Below, piece by piece: positions 21,659 to 32,913 of a DNA stretch of 64,000 bases (positions within the stretch are counted from its first letter, which is position 1; each line of letters opens with the position of its first letter). The translations under genes were made by a program, and so were the position numbers. Location: NCBI GenBank assembly GCA_020184695.1, contig JAANOX010000022.1, positions 62,001 through 126,000 of the forward strand, given 5' to 3'. Source of the DNA: Histomonas meleagridis 2922-C6/04-290x (taxonomy: Eukaryota > Protista > Parabasalia). The notes under the pieces are model-generated. The model was not told the origin of the DNA, did no database searches, and saw only the letters and a program-made list of their open reading frames with translations.

Positions 21659-22276
21659 TCAGGTTTGTATGGTAATTTGATGTTCAAATTTATGTCGAAA
21701 CTTTGCAGGACAGGGGAAATTTGTTTCAACTAACCTCTTCATTGAGTTGGGTGACATGGGCTGTGGCGAAGGCTGAAGATATTGTTTTGGAATCTGTGGT
21801 ATTGGTACAATGAAGATTTTTTGTTTTTGTGCAATTTTCTCCCTTATTGTCCATTTTTTAAGCTCAGCAGTATTATGTTGAAACAAAGGAATTCTACACA
21901 AAAATTCAGCAGATAATTCTTTACCAGGAGGCAAAGCAGAATAACCAAGCTGTTGGAAAGAACCATTGATTGAAGATTTGCATTTTCCAAATAACAAACG
22001 CAACTGTTGAATATTAATTGCAATTGAGTTTGATAAGAAAACGATTCCACAAACCATTGATCTTTTCCAATCATTTTGATCTCTTCTTTCAATGAAATTC
22101 CTAATTTGTTTCATTCTCATTATAAATGACTCTAGTCTTTCACCTTTTCTTGATTTACCAATTTCGCTGTTAAATGTTTTTCTTAAATTTTCATAAGCTT
22201 CCAAATCAGGAGCAGATAAAAGCTGCCAATGATTGGGAAGATTATTTATTGTAGAAACTTGGAGATTTTGTTGCAT
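21659..22276 (-). CDS. Initiator-binding-domain (IBD, IBP39-like) protein
   Basis: LS..D...Y..LR..F, WKRSMVCGIVF, AINIQQLRLLFGKCKSSINGSFQQLGY and WTIR are the signature of the parabasalid IBD family. Confidence 0.88.
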   Translation of the reverse strand: MQQNLQVSTINNLPNHWQLLSAPDLEAYENLRKTFNSEIGKSRKGERLESFIMRMKQIRNFIERRDQNDWKRSMVCGIVFLSNSIAINIQQLRLLFGKCKSSINGSFQQLGYSALPPGKELSAEFLCRIPLFQHNTAELKKWTIREKIAQKQKIFIVPIPQIPKQYLQPSPQPMSPNSMKRLVETNFPCPAKFRHKFEHQITIQT

Positions 22277-22951
22277 CTATAGATGTGAAATAATAAAAAG
22301 CGTCTGCTGAAAAAGTGTAGAATGGATTTCAATGATAAGACCACCCATTTGAATGAATTGACCACCAATGCACTGGATCATTGAATGCTGTCATAAAAAT
22401 TCAATGGGTAAAGGTCTCTTTTTAAGGTAACCTTTTTTACTTAACGTTTAACTCACAAAACGAAGGATTTATGTTTGAGTCAATATACTTTTCAAGATCG
22501 AATGATATTTCATAATACCTCATTTTATGATTTTGTTTTTATTAATAATTGTAAATATTTCTGATTTTGAAATGAAATTTATAATTTTCTTTAAAATGTA
22601 ACTGTATTAAAATAATATAAACGATTTGTTCCGACACAAACAAAATAATGCTAAGTAATTAAAATCAAATTAAATATAGTTTTAAAATACGATCTAACCA
22701 CATATGTCGATATGTGATATCAACACGTTCCTCGAAAATTCCTATATAACACCTATAAATATTTAATATTTCATAATGTAAAAGAAATAAAAATTCAATT
22801 CGTTAAATGAAGAAAGAATTATTTAATTACGATATGAAGACTGAAGATTTATGCAATAGAAGTTGGTTATTTGACTCGTAAAATAAATAGTACAAATTAA
22901 AAAAAAAATTAATATTCCAACAATGGGAGAAAAAAATAAATTTGATCATCT

Positions 22952-23401
22952 TTATTGTTGTGACAAGACGCCTTTAGCAATAAGATCGAGTTGTTTTTGA
23001 CCCTTTGGTGTGATAACACGACCACCCTTAGCATCTTTCTTAACATAACCGATTTCTTCTAATTGCTTGAGCATTGTGCGAACAACCTTTCCACTAGCTT
23101 GAGCAAAGTGTCTTGGTGCAGAACCGTAGTTCTTGTTTCCACCAAATTTGTTACGGAGATATTGAACACTTGTTCCTGGGTGAAGATAAACTGTACGGGC
23201 AACAGCTGCTGCACGGGTGTACCACCAGTTGATTAAACATGGTGGCATTTGCTTGAGATGTCCTGTTTTAACTAAGTCAGCCCATTTTGGTGCTTCGATA
23301 AGGTGATTTTGTTCGAAGAATTTGGAAAGTTGTTCAATGAAAGCATCTGCGGCGACATCGCGAACATTAACTACTTTTGATCCTTTCGCTGCTCCAATCA
23401 T
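22952..23401 (-). CDS. RPS19: 40S ribosomal protein S19 (eS19)
   Basis: VRDVAAD.FI, PKWADLVKTG..K..PP, WWYTRAAAVAR, ASGKVVR..LKQLE, GGRVITPKGQKQLD. True start is likely ATG 23401, not TTG 23434. Confidence 0.96.
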   Translation of the reverse strand: MIGAAKGSKVVNVRDVAADAFIEQLSKFFEQNHLIEAPKWADLVKTGHLKQMPPCLINWWYTRAAAVARTVYLHPGTSVQYLRNKFGGNKNYGSAPRHFAQASGKVVRTMLKQLEEIGYVKKDAKGGRVITPKGQKQLDLIAKGVLSQQ

Positions 23402-23407
23402 ATGGAA

Positions 23408-23412
23408 AAAGG
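23408..23412 (-). promoter_or_regulatory. M5 (CCTTT) core promoter element
   Basis: CCTTT lies just upstream of the RPS19 ATG; M5 is the Inr alternative described for T. vaginalis ribosomal protein genes. Confidence 0.55.
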
Positions 23413-24339
23413 AAGGCCAACTCAACCCTGTCAATTTTCATGAACGATATGCATATTTTTCAATGAGGTTTAGTTCGACCAAATAAAAGTTGAAACCATT
23501 TTCTCTTTGCTGCACTTGTACAAGCAGTTTGATAGTATAAAATTCATATAATTAATAATAAGTTGTGTTTAATATGTCAAATAAATTAATTTATTGAAAA
23601 TGTAAAAATAAATTTGATATCGAATACAGCAAATTTTTTATGATTACTAAAAGCGTTTCGTTTGCTGCGAATGCGAATACAATTAAACTCACGAAATTCA
23701 GTGTGCAATTGCTCATAGCTCATAAATATACAAACAATACTTAGTGACTCTTAACATTATTTTCAGTATGTAATCACATTATTTAAAAGCTCTGTATATG
23801 TCACTCATTCCAATTTTATTGCAGCTTTGTCAAGAAATCGAAACAAGTTACAAACAAAAATGAATTTCACAAATGGCATTCACCTTCACAGTTCAGTACA
23901 TTTGCTAATTGTCAATTAATTTTCGCTCATTTCCCTCAGACTGGTCACAGTGTATCGAACTTTTCGTCAGTGTACATTTCTCTCGGCAGAACATTGAGCA
24001 CGCGCGCCACTGTCTGATTGGTACATTCCCTTCCATCAACTTCATCGAGATGTCATGCGCATGTTCTCATTCTTGACTTCGATCGAATCGATAATTTCTC
24101 AAAAAGCATGAAAAAATTGAAATTCCTGTGGATAAGGATAAGGATTATTATGGCACAACCGAAATCAAATAATATGAAAAGAGAATTATCAATGACAAAC
24201 TTAAATTGTCAGGAATATATTTATATAGCGAAGAAGCATGCGAAATGAATATTTCCAAAAGTAAAAATAATTCCACATTTGTTATAATGAAAAATATTAT
24301 CCACAAATAATAAAAAAATCAAAGAGAACATAATAATAT

Positions 24340-25206
24340 TCACAACGACAGTTCTTTGAACACTGGGTACGACAATGCCTCTTTTGCTGTGATGCGCTTT
24401 GCCGGATTCAACTGAAGCAAGTCTTCCAACAATTGGCACAAATCGTTTCCGACGTTTCCTAACTGCGAACGTATTCCTTGTCCAACTATTGGCGACACAG
24501 ATTTCGGAAATCTTTTAAACGAACGTACTTCGGGCCAATATTCATTTGTTGGCGTACCGAATATTCGGAACATTTCAATGATTTGTTCTTCGTCATCGTT
24601 ATAAGGGAACAATGGAACGCCAGTGATCATTTCGGAAATGACACATCCGACACTCCATATATCGGCGGACAAGTCGTATTTCTCAGATTTCATCAATATT
24701 TCGGGCGATCGATACCATTGTGTGACGACTTCATGTGATAAAACTGAATCAGGAATATTCATAATTCGTGATAACCCAAAATCACATAGTTTTAAACATT
24801 TAAATTCAGTTATTAATATGTTTTGTGGCTTAATGTCTCGATGAATTATGTTTTTACTATGGATGTAATTAATAGCTTTAAGTAGTTGATATGAAAATGA
24901 GATGATTTCGGAGTGTGATAACTTCATATTCTTGAATTTCATATAACGTTTTAAATCATATTTGCAATATTCGAAAATTATAATTATTTGATTTTCTTCA
25001 CTTTTAACTTCCTTTAATTCAACTATGTTTCTATGTTTTAATCTTTTTAGTATAGATATTTCTCTTAATGTTGTGCATGGAATTCCTTCTTTTAAACTAC
25101 TAATTTGTATCTTTTTAACAGCAACAACTTCACCAGTTTCATCATTTTTCATCTTATACACTTTCCCATACGTTCCTTGTCCAATTAAAACAACGTCATT
25201 ATCCAT
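24340..25206 (-). CDS. Cyclin-dependent kinase (CDK/CRK family)
   Basis: GQGTYG, VAVKK, PSTAIRE-like GIPCTTLRE, HRDIKPQN, DFGLSR, HEVVTQWYRSPE. Confidence 0.93.
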   Translation of the reverse strand: MDNDVVLIGQGTYGKVYKMKNDETGEVVAVKKIQISSLKEGIPCTTLREISILKRLKHRNIVELKEVKSEENQIIIIFEYCKYDLKRYMKFKNMKLSHSEIISFSYQLLKAINYIHSKNIIHRDIKPQNILITEFKCLKLCDFGLSRIMNIPDSVLSHEVVTQWYRSPEILMKSEKYDLSADIWSVGCVISEMITGVPLFPYNDDEEQIIEMFRIFGTPTNEYWPEVRSFKRFPKSVSPIVGQGIRSQLGNVGNDLCQLLEDLLQLNPAKRITAKEALSYPVFKELSL

Positions 25207-25294
25207 TTAATGAAAAAAATGTTTTGTACATCAAAATCATTTCAAGTGCCACTTTTCTTCGAAACAAAGATTCACAAATAAACGTATTTTTTGC

Positions 25295-25831
25295 ATGGAT
25301 GAAATCGAACAATTAAGATTACAAAGATATCGAACTGCACAATTAATATTTGATCAAGAATTTCTGGAAGACAAAAACCAACTAATGTTTATTCAAACAA
25401 TGAACCAAGAAAATTTAAGGATTCTTGAACTAGAAGAACAGTATCAAAATGGGAAAATTGCTTTTGAAAATGCAATAAAAGAAATCGAAAAGAAAATCGA
25501 TAACATTGAAGCAAGAGCCAAATCCTCTTCAATAGAAATCGAGAAACTTGAAAATTACATCGACAAATATGATCGCATCATATCCAATCAAAAAACGCTC
25601 AGCAAAAACGGAATGAAAGAAGACAGAGCCACTTTTACGCAAGCAACGAAATTATTAAATGACCGAATTCAACAGATACAATCGAATTTGGAGCAAATTG
25701 AAGAAAGAATTAATTCCTTTGAACAGAAGTCAGTTCTCTCTAATCCGGAAGCGCAAGAACTGTATTTGCAACTCGTTTCTCTCTTAAATGCACAAGAAAA
25801 AGAACTTCGTTCGTTGTCTCACAAAACGTGA
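25295..25831 (+). CDS. Coiled-coil hypothetical protein
   Basis: 178-aa heptad-rich ORF divergent from the CDK, with an 88-bp gap. Confidence 0.65.
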   Translation: MDEIEQLRLQRYRTAQLIFDQEFLEDKNQLMFIQTMNQENLRILELEEQYQNGKIAFENAIKEIEKKIDNIEARAKSSSIEIEKLENYIDKYDRIISNQKTLSKNGMKEDRATFTQATKLLNDRIQQIQSNLEQIEERINSFEQKSVLSNPEAQELYLQLVSLLNAQEKELRSLSHKT

Positions 25832-26052
25832 ACGATCACAAAAAACTGTTTATTTTTGAAAAATTCGATAAAGCATGCCAAGCTGTCAATTGACCGGAAC
25901 TTGTAAACCGTTACTGCCACACAAAAATTACTTTTTTTGAGGGGGTCTATTCATTTGCCACCAAATTTTTTGAATGAGGGGAAAACTGCAACTCATTCAT
26001 TTAAATTTGAACGGTTCAACTGAGGTTTTTGTTAGGGGTTGTACAACCTCAA

Positions 26053-29000
26053 ATGTTGTATCTGGTTGCATTCCTCTTCCTTATTGACAAGTTATCATTT
26101 GATACATCGATAAATGGGCGAATTACTATGCAAAAGTCGAATAAGCAAATCAATTCATATACTAATGGTTGGTATTATATTTGGATTCAAAACAAATCAA
26201 ATACTGATATCAAACAATACCTTAAATTAGAGGCGTCTAATATGGTATACAATGGAGTCTACAAACAATATTTGACAATTTCAGATATAAATTATCTGAA
26301 AGATAAAGCAGTATTACGTATGATAACTCCAAGCGAAAAAATCGCATCGGTATCAGAGCACCTTATAGTCCATACCTCCAAAAACGCCCAATTAAACATA
26401 TCAAATCCAATCGATAAAATATCCGATACTTCATACATCGTTACGACGACAACACCAACTGAAACTGCCCAAATCCTTTCAGAGATACCCGAAGTCATAT
26501 CTATCATATCACAACCCAAACCAATTCCATGCAATTACGTCACCAGTGGCTATGTTCAAAAGCGCCAATCACCAGTATTCGATGAAACTTATCAACGTTA
26601 CATAGTTCCAACATATCTATCACAATATGGCATCACCGGATCTGGCCAAGTCATCACCGTTTTGGACTCTCCGATTGATTGGCTTCACACCATGTTTTAT
26701 GATGACTATGACGATGGCATTCTTGGTCTTAATTCTATGTTTAACAAAGTTCTTAGCGATCATCGAAAATTTTCATATTATAACACACAGCATTGCGTTG
26801 GTCAATTTGTATCAACATCGACTGACACATTTCGATCATTAGAGATGGGATATGATTCACATGGTACACATGTTGCAGGCTCATTAGCAGGCAAAGCTTA
26901 TGATTCTAAGTCATCAATTTCAGCATTTAATGGCGTAGCACCAGATGCAAAGATTGCGTACTTTGGATCATTAAGTTCATGTAATGACTTCTTTAGATAT
27001 CCGACTAGAATCCCTACGACAATGGAAAGTGTTGGGTCATATATTAGTACCAATAGTTGGGTATATGGATTTGATTATTATCTTCAAGGTGAAAATGATT
27101 ATAATACATTAGCGACATCTGATTCATCAATATTATATGTATTTTCAGCCGGTAATTATGGAAGTTCTAATGCTGCATATTCTATAGGTTCTCCTTCTAT
27201 TTGTTGTAACATATTAACTGTCGGCGCGTTAGATATGATCAAAACAGACAAAGATATAACTATCGAAATAACTACTGAAGATAATACGAAAATTGAAACC
27301 ATCGAAATTGTTAGTAATTATCAAGCAGATACTTTTAATTATATTGATGCAAAACTTTTACTTTATAACGCTGATAATAGTCAACCACCAAATTCTATTT
27401 ATTCTGTAGCATATGTTGATGGTACAAGTTGGCAACGAGTAGATACACAAACTGTATATAGTTTCTTCAATAAGATTTTGGCAGTATATAATCAACAAAG
27501 TGTTAAAACAATGATAATATATAGTACAAATAATATAATGACGGATTTGTTAAATGCTGGTGGTATTACTCATGGATCATTATGTTTAATATATTGTTCA
27601 GATTCAAAAATCAAAAATTATATTGGACAAAATATAACATTAAAGAAAGTTACATCAGGAGTCGAAATTAAAAATGATTCATTAGAAAGAGCTTCATATT
27701 CTTCAATGGGTCCAACACTTAAAGGTATATTAAAACCTGATGTAGTTGCACCAGGTACAAGTATAATGAGTGCAGCATCACAAGTTTTAGCAACTAATAA
27801 TCATGGAAGTGATGACGTACCATCAGAATTACATTCGATTGTAATAATGCAAGGAACTTCTATGTCTACGCCAGTTGTTTCAGGTTCTTTAGCTTTAATT
27901 AGACAATATTTCACTGATAAGAAATATTTGGATACAGAAATTCAACCACATTCTACTTTAATACGTGCATGTATAATTAATTCCGCTGTAAGTAATCAGA
28001 AAACTCCAAATAATATGATAGGTCATGGATCTATCGATTTATCAACACTTTTACCTGTTAATGAAGACGAAAATAAAGAATTTGGATTAAGAATTAGTGA
28101 AACATTTGAAATTAAAGGTAAGAAACATTATTCTTCAAAGATTACTATTAATAATAATAAGAAACCTTTAAAGATTACAATGTCTTATATGGATACTGTT
28201 ATATCAATTGATTCATTAATACCTATTTATAATGATTTAGATTTAGTGGTTATATCTAATACAGGAGAAATATTTTATGGTAATCATAAAAGTAATAATC
28301 AAGAAGAACATTTAACAACAAATGAAAAAGTAATTATAAATACTGATGAATTAAATATCGGTGAATATACTATACATATATTTAGTAATGAAGTTTGTGA
28401 TACACAAGTTTCTGTTGTTGTTAATGGTCCATTTAATCATAATGATGTAACTACAAATCAAAAGTATTTAACTTTCCAAGAAGATTCAAAATGTATAGCA
28501 AAATCACTTGGTACATGTGATAATGGTGTAATGAAATGTGTTGGTCCATATAATGGTAACTTATGTCAAACAGAATTAAAGTCATTAAAGAGAGGTTCGG
28601 TGGATTATACAATACCAGAAAATGGTTTAATGTATTTCATTGTTTCTTCAAATAATGTAAAGTCTGCATCGATTAAAATTTCAACAACGTCAGGTTGTAA
28701 CTTAACAAATTATGTAACAATTTGGATATTAGAAACTAATGGTATGAGTCCATTAACATTTACTGATTATGATACACCAATTAGATTAACTAATGATAGT
28801 CCTTCTTATTCTTTCGATCTAAATCTTGATGTTACCAATACTTACTTCATGATATTCAACAATAACAATAAAAGTAATGAATATGTCATAGAATATAACG
28901 TTGATTATATTGTTGAACCTTCCGAAGAAGAAGAAGAAACTCAAATTTCATCAGAACATCAAACGAAATCAAGCATTGAAAAATCTGAAATTGAACAGAG

Positions 29001-29292
29001 CGGTATTGAAAAGTCTGAAATTGAACAGAGCGGTATTGAAAAGTCTGAAGCTGAATCACGCACTGATACTAATACTAATACTGGTGCTGTGTCACCTATC
29101 GATCAAAATACTTCATACTTAAGTGATAAAGGTAATAGAAATGGTTTCTCCGTGTTCGGATTAGAAGAAACTTTGTCTATAATGATAATAGTTTTAATTG
29201 TAGGTGTGGTGTTTGTGTTAATTGTTTCAATTATTGTGGTCTCTGTTTTGTCTAAAAAGAATAATAGTGTAAGTAGTTTCTCAGGACCTTAA
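26053..29292 (+). CDS. Membrane-anchored subtilisin-like serine protease (S8)
   Basis: Triad ITVLDS (D), SHGTHVAGS (H), GTSMSTP (S); oxyanion SAGNYG; C-terminal beta domain, EGF-like Cys cluster, S/E-rich stalk and TM helix. Hydrophobic N-terminus from ATG 26053. Confidence 0.92.
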   Translation: MLYLVAFLFLIDKLSFDTSINGRITMQKSNKQINSYTNGWYYIWIQNKSNTDIKQYLKLEASNMVYNGVYKQYLTISDINYLKDKAVLRMITPSEKIASVSEHLIVHTSKNAQLNISNPIDKISDTSYIVTTTTPTETAQILSEIPEVISIISQPKPIPCNYVTSGYVQKRQSPVFDETYQRYIVPTYLSQYGITGSGQVITVLDSPIDWLHTMFYDDYDDGILGLNSMFNKVLSDHRKFSYYNTQHCVGQFVSTSTDTFRSLEMGYDSHGTHVAGSLAGKAYDSKSSISAFNGVAPDAKIAYFGSLSSCNDFFRYPTRIPTTMESVGSYISTNSWVYGFDYYLQGENDYNTLATSDSSILYVFSAGNYGSSNAAYSIGSPSICCNILTVGALDMIKTDKDITIEITTEDNTKIETIEIVSNYQADTFNYIDAKLLLYNADNSQPPNSIYSVAYVDGTSWQRVDTQTVYSFFNKILAVYNQQSVKTMIIYSTNNIMTDLLNAGGITHGSLCLIYCSDSKIKNYIGQNITLKKVTSGVEIKNDSLERASYSSMGPTLKGILKPDVVAPGTSIMSAASQVLATNNHGSDDVPSELHSIVIMQGTSMSTPVVSGSLALIRQYFTDKKYLDTEIQPHSTLIRACIINSAVSNQKTPNNMIGHGSIDLSTLLPVNEDENKEFGLRISETFEIKGKKHYSSKITINNNKKPLKITMSYMDTVISIDSLIPIYNDLDLVVISNTGEIFYGNHKSNNQEEHLTTNEKVIINTDELNIGEYTIHIFSNEVCDTQVSVVVNGPFNHNDVTTNQKYLTFQEDSKCIAKSLGTCDNGVMKCVGPYNGNLCQTELKSLKRGSVDYTIPENGLMYFIVSSNNVKSASIKISTTSGCNLTNYVTIWILETNGMSPLTFTDYDTPIRLTNDSPSYSFDLNLDVTNTYFMIFNNNNKSNEYVIEYNVDYIVEPSEEEEETQISSEHQTKSSIEKSEIEQSGIEKSEIEQSGIEKSEAESRTDTNTNTGAVSPIDQNTSYLSDKGNRNGFSVFGLEETLSIMIIVLIVGVVFVLIVSIIVVSVLSKKNNSVSSFSGP
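28975..29049 (+). repeat. In-frame 30-nt tandem repeat (2.5 copies, IEKSEIEQSG) in the protease stalk
   Basis: ATTGAAAA(A/G)TCTGAAATTGAACAGAGCGGT x2 plus a partial copy. Confidence 0.9.
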
Positions 29293-29508
29293 ATAAATAA
29301 CGAGACGTTTTAGTAATTAATTGTTTCCTTTGATAAATAAAACCATTTTTTTTTCTTTAAGAAATGTTTTAATAAAAATTTAAATTTTAAAAATCCTAAT
29401 TTAGAATTTCTAAAAAAAAATTTCTCGCTAACAATGAAACTTCAAATATTTCGGCACTTTTATATCAATATCAGAAATCGATTTGAAAGATATATCAAAA
29501 AACTCAAA

Positions 29509-30669
29509 ATGGAATTAACGGTTTCGATTGCACTTTTTCGTAAACTCATACTCGAACGTTATTGGCAAATGGGGGATTCTATGAAAGTTTTCAGCAAAAA
29601 AAATCATTCCAAGATTTTTAACTGTACAATAACTGTCGAAAAAGGTCACGAAAGAATGGTTCATATTTTAACATCATCTTTTTATTTTGATGTTGTTTCT
29701 AATCATTGGGGAAAAATCCTTTATCATATAACAACAGAGCACTTTGTTTCAGTATCATACAAGGGGAAAGTTGTTACCATTGTTTATGATGGTAAATCAA
29801 CTCTAAAGCTAACTTGTCAAACATGTGATAAAGCAATTAAACTTGTAGATGCACTTCAACTTGAGCCAGCAGAGACTCCTCCTACGCCACGAGAAGTTTA
29901 TGCCACCACCAAAGTTCTTACTCAACTCAATCTTGAACCCGATGAAGTTACTAAAATCAATTCAGAACTCACCACTCTTATCACAAAGCTTCTCAACAAG
30001 ATTGACAATTCGGTGGCCTTCAATCCATGTTTTTCTGACATTCTTTCCTGTGTATATCGTATTCGATTTCCCCGTGGAGACATAAACAAAAATATATCCT
30101 CACTTAAGTCAGAGCTTTATTTATATTTTCTTCTTTTATTTGTAAACTCTTTAGAACGTGCATCCCAACTTAAATCCAGTCGAGATTATCTCATACGAAT
30201 TGTCGGTAATTTAGGTAATACCATTTCTATTATAGCCGACGATCTTCGTATCAACGTCAAGCATCTTTTGGGCGCATGTAACCTCTACTGCGAGGGAGGT
30301 AGCGTTGCGGGAATCTACAACGAAAGCAAAAAGTTGCAGGTGACCGTTATGGAGAAATTTGCTGACGAACGAAAAGATTTAGAAATTAAGGATTTCACAC
30401 TGATAGATAAGATCTTTTCGATAGCCGTGATGGTTATTTGCGGAGGACTTGCTGGCGTATATCAATTTAGCATTGATACACTCACAAAAGAAATTGTTGA
30501 ATACGTCTGCTCAATAAGGTCCGGAAGAATAACGGAAACAAGCAAGCTCGACTTGCAAATGAAAATATTCGCTGGAGATATGTTGAGATGTTGTAATGAG
30601 ACAAGATATGAGCCAGAATTCCAATATGTGTTTGCAATATGGGTATTGATAGGCGAGCCAATAAATTGA
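29509..30669 (+). CDS. Hypothetical protein, possible N-terminal PH-like fold plus helical domain
   Basis: Long open frame; beta-rich N-terminus ending in a helix (LTCQTCDKAIKLVDAL). Probable start ATG 29509. Confidence 0.6.
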   Translation: MELTVSIALFRKLILERYWQMGDSMKVFSKKNHSKIFNCTITVEKGHERMVHILTSSFYFDVVSNHWGKILYHITTEHFVSVSYKGKVVTIVYDGKSTLKLTCQTCDKAIKLVDALQLEPAETPPTPREVYATTKVLTQLNLEPDEVTKINSELTTLITKLLNKIDNSVAFNPCFSDILSCVYRIRFPRGDINKNISSLKSELYLYFLLLFVNSLERASQLKSSRDYLIRIVGNLGNTISIIADDLRINVKHLLGACNLYCEGGSVAGIYNESKKLQVTVMEKFADERKDLEIKDFTLIDKIFSIAVMVICGGLAGVYQFSIDTLTKEIVEYVCSIRSGRITETSKLDLQMKIFAGDMLRCCNETRYEPEFQYVFAIWVLIGEPIN

Positions 30670-30944
30670 AATTATTTAGTAAAATTTTATTTATTTGCAA
30701 ATAAAAAAGATGTTATAATGTGATGCGCAGTCATTCTTCCCTAATTGTTTTCTAAGAAATAAATGATTGAATTGAGGATTAATTTAATTTGATTTTTCAT
30801 AATTGATCTTCAAAAAGGAAAAATGTAGAACTTAAAGTAATTAAATTTATGCGATTTTTAAGAAAAAGTGTTGAAGAATTGAAACATTTTTGGTTTTATT
30901 ATCGTGTTCCACGGTTATATGATATGTATGTATAAAATATCAAC

Positions 30945-31864
30945 ACAGCGCTTATTTTTGCATCTGATTGTGGTAATATTGAAATAGTAAAATTACTTCT
31001 TGAACAAAAAAGAATTGATATTAATGCTAAAAACATTTATATCTTTAATTTAAAATAATTTATTTTAATAATTTTTTGTTTCAAAATAATATTTGGAAAT
31101 CATACAAATTATTTAAAACAGCACTTATGTTAGCATCTGAAAATGGTCATATAGAAATAGTTAAATTACTTCTTGAACAAAAAAGAAATGATATTAATGT
31201 AAAAGATATATATTTACTTTGAATGATATTTATTATTAAAATTTGATGTGTCAAGATAATATTTAGAAATATTTTAAAATATTTGGTAATACATTTCTTG
31301 TTGAATCTAAACTTAATCATATTGATATAGTTAAATTACTAAAAGAACAAAAAGAGTTTAATGTTAATGTTAAAGATATTTTTTTGTTTTATTTATGATT
31401 TCTTTTGATAATTTTATGAGATTTATAACTAATATATGGAAATTATTTAAATAATTTGATACATCACTTATTAATGTAACGAAAAAAGATCATCCAGAAA
31501 TAGTTTAATTGCTTCTTTTACACAAACAAATTGATGTTAATGGGCAAAATATTTGTATGTTTTATATAATATTCATTTAAATAATTTGATATTTAATCGT
31601 CAAATTTGGGAATTATTTAAATAGTTTTGTATCATTAATGAGAGCAACTAAAAATTGTTGTACAGAATTAGTTAAATTATTCATTAATCAAAAAGGAATT
31701 GATGTAAATATCAAAGATTTTTATTTGGTCAATATAATGTATATTTAAATGTTTTAATGTTTTTAAATATTAATTGGAAATAAAACAAAATATTTCAAAC
31801 AGCACTTGATATAGCAAAATCAAAAGGAAAGCAAGAAATTATCGAATTACTTCAAATGGAATAA
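30945..31864 (+). pseudogene. Ankyrin-repeat array (6 units) interrupted by five 78-83-nt AT-rich spacers; one unit carries a TAA
   Basis: Units TALIFASDCGNIEIVKLLLEQKRIDINAKN, TALMLASENGHIEIVKLLLEQKRNDINVKD, and so on to the terminal TALDIAKSKGKQEIIELLQME*. Confidence 0.8.
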
Positions 31865-32176
31865 TCTCATTTTTAGATAATTGCTTCACATAACAAATAT
31901 TTAATTTTCCCAATGAATTTATCAAAATCTTTCTTTTCCTTGTTGTTTCAAGAATATTTTGGGTTTAATTATTCTTTTAAGCGCATATTAAAAAGTATTA
32001 ATAAAGGAGATTCGAAAACATTTCGTGCAAAACTCCCACAAATTTTAACGATTATTTTTGTCTCAAAAACTTGTATTGTAAATGTTCAAGTTTAGCATAT
32101 TTTGCCGGTGATGATTGAAAATTGAAAGAATATAAAATCTCGATACAATACAAAAATTTCTTACTTCATTATTTTC

Positions 32177-32761
32177 ATGATTGATTGCAAAATTGTTGTA
32201 TTCGGAGCAGGAGGTGTCGGTAAATCAGCTCTAATGATACAATTTGTTCAAGGATATTTTGTATCTGATTATGATCCAACAATTGAAGATTCATATAAAC
32301 GTGTTATAATTGTTGATGACGAAAAAATACAACTTGATATTCTTGATACAGCAGGACAAGATGACTTTGCACCAATGCGTATCACATACATGAGATCAGG
32401 AAAAGGTTTTATTATTGTTTATTCCATTGATGATCGTTCTTCATTTGAAGAAGTTCAAGAATTTTATGATGCACTTGTTCGAACAAAAGTAACAAAGAAT
32501 ATTCCAATTGTTATATGTGGAAACAAGTGCGATTTAGAAGATAAGCGTGTTGTTAGTAAAATAGAAGGACAAGAGCTTGCAAAAAAATTAGGTGCAGTGT
32601 TCTTTGAAACATCAGCATTTCTTGACAAGAACATTGATGAAACATTTACTGAACTTGTCAGAGCAATTAATAAGTCATTTTGCTTCAAGCAAAATCAAGA
32701 AACAAAAGTTCAAAAGAAGAATAAGAAGAAGATAATTGCATCATGCTGCAACTTGATTTAA
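32177..32761 (+). CDS. Ras/Rap-family small GTPase
   Basis: GAGGVGKS, effector YDPTIED, DTAGQ, NKCD, ETSA, polybasic tail and CaaX (CNLI). Confidence 0.95.
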   Translation: MIDCKIVVFGAGGVGKSALMIQFVQGYFVSDYDPTIEDSYKRVIIVDDEKIQLDILDTAGQDDFAPMRITYMRSGKGFIIVYSIDDRSSFEEVQEFYDALVRTKVTKNIPIVICGNKCDLEDKRVVSKIEGQELAKKLGAVFFETSAFLDKNIDETFTELVRAINKSFCFKQNQETKVQKKNKKKIIASCCNLI

Positions 32762-32913
32762 ATATTAAATAATCAATAAACGCGGATTTCAAAAAAAAAA
32801 AAAAATTTTATTAGATATTTTTATTAGATTTTTATATAAAAAGAAATAAAATTTAAATATTTTTTATATTTCTATAAAATACAAATACAAAAGAACTAAT
32901 TAAACAACATTTA

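Noticed and set aside
23900-24250. GC-richer patch with short ORFs between RPS19 and the CDK
   Set aside because: The frames are short and interrupted with no recognisable motif; it may be a relic but cannot be supported.
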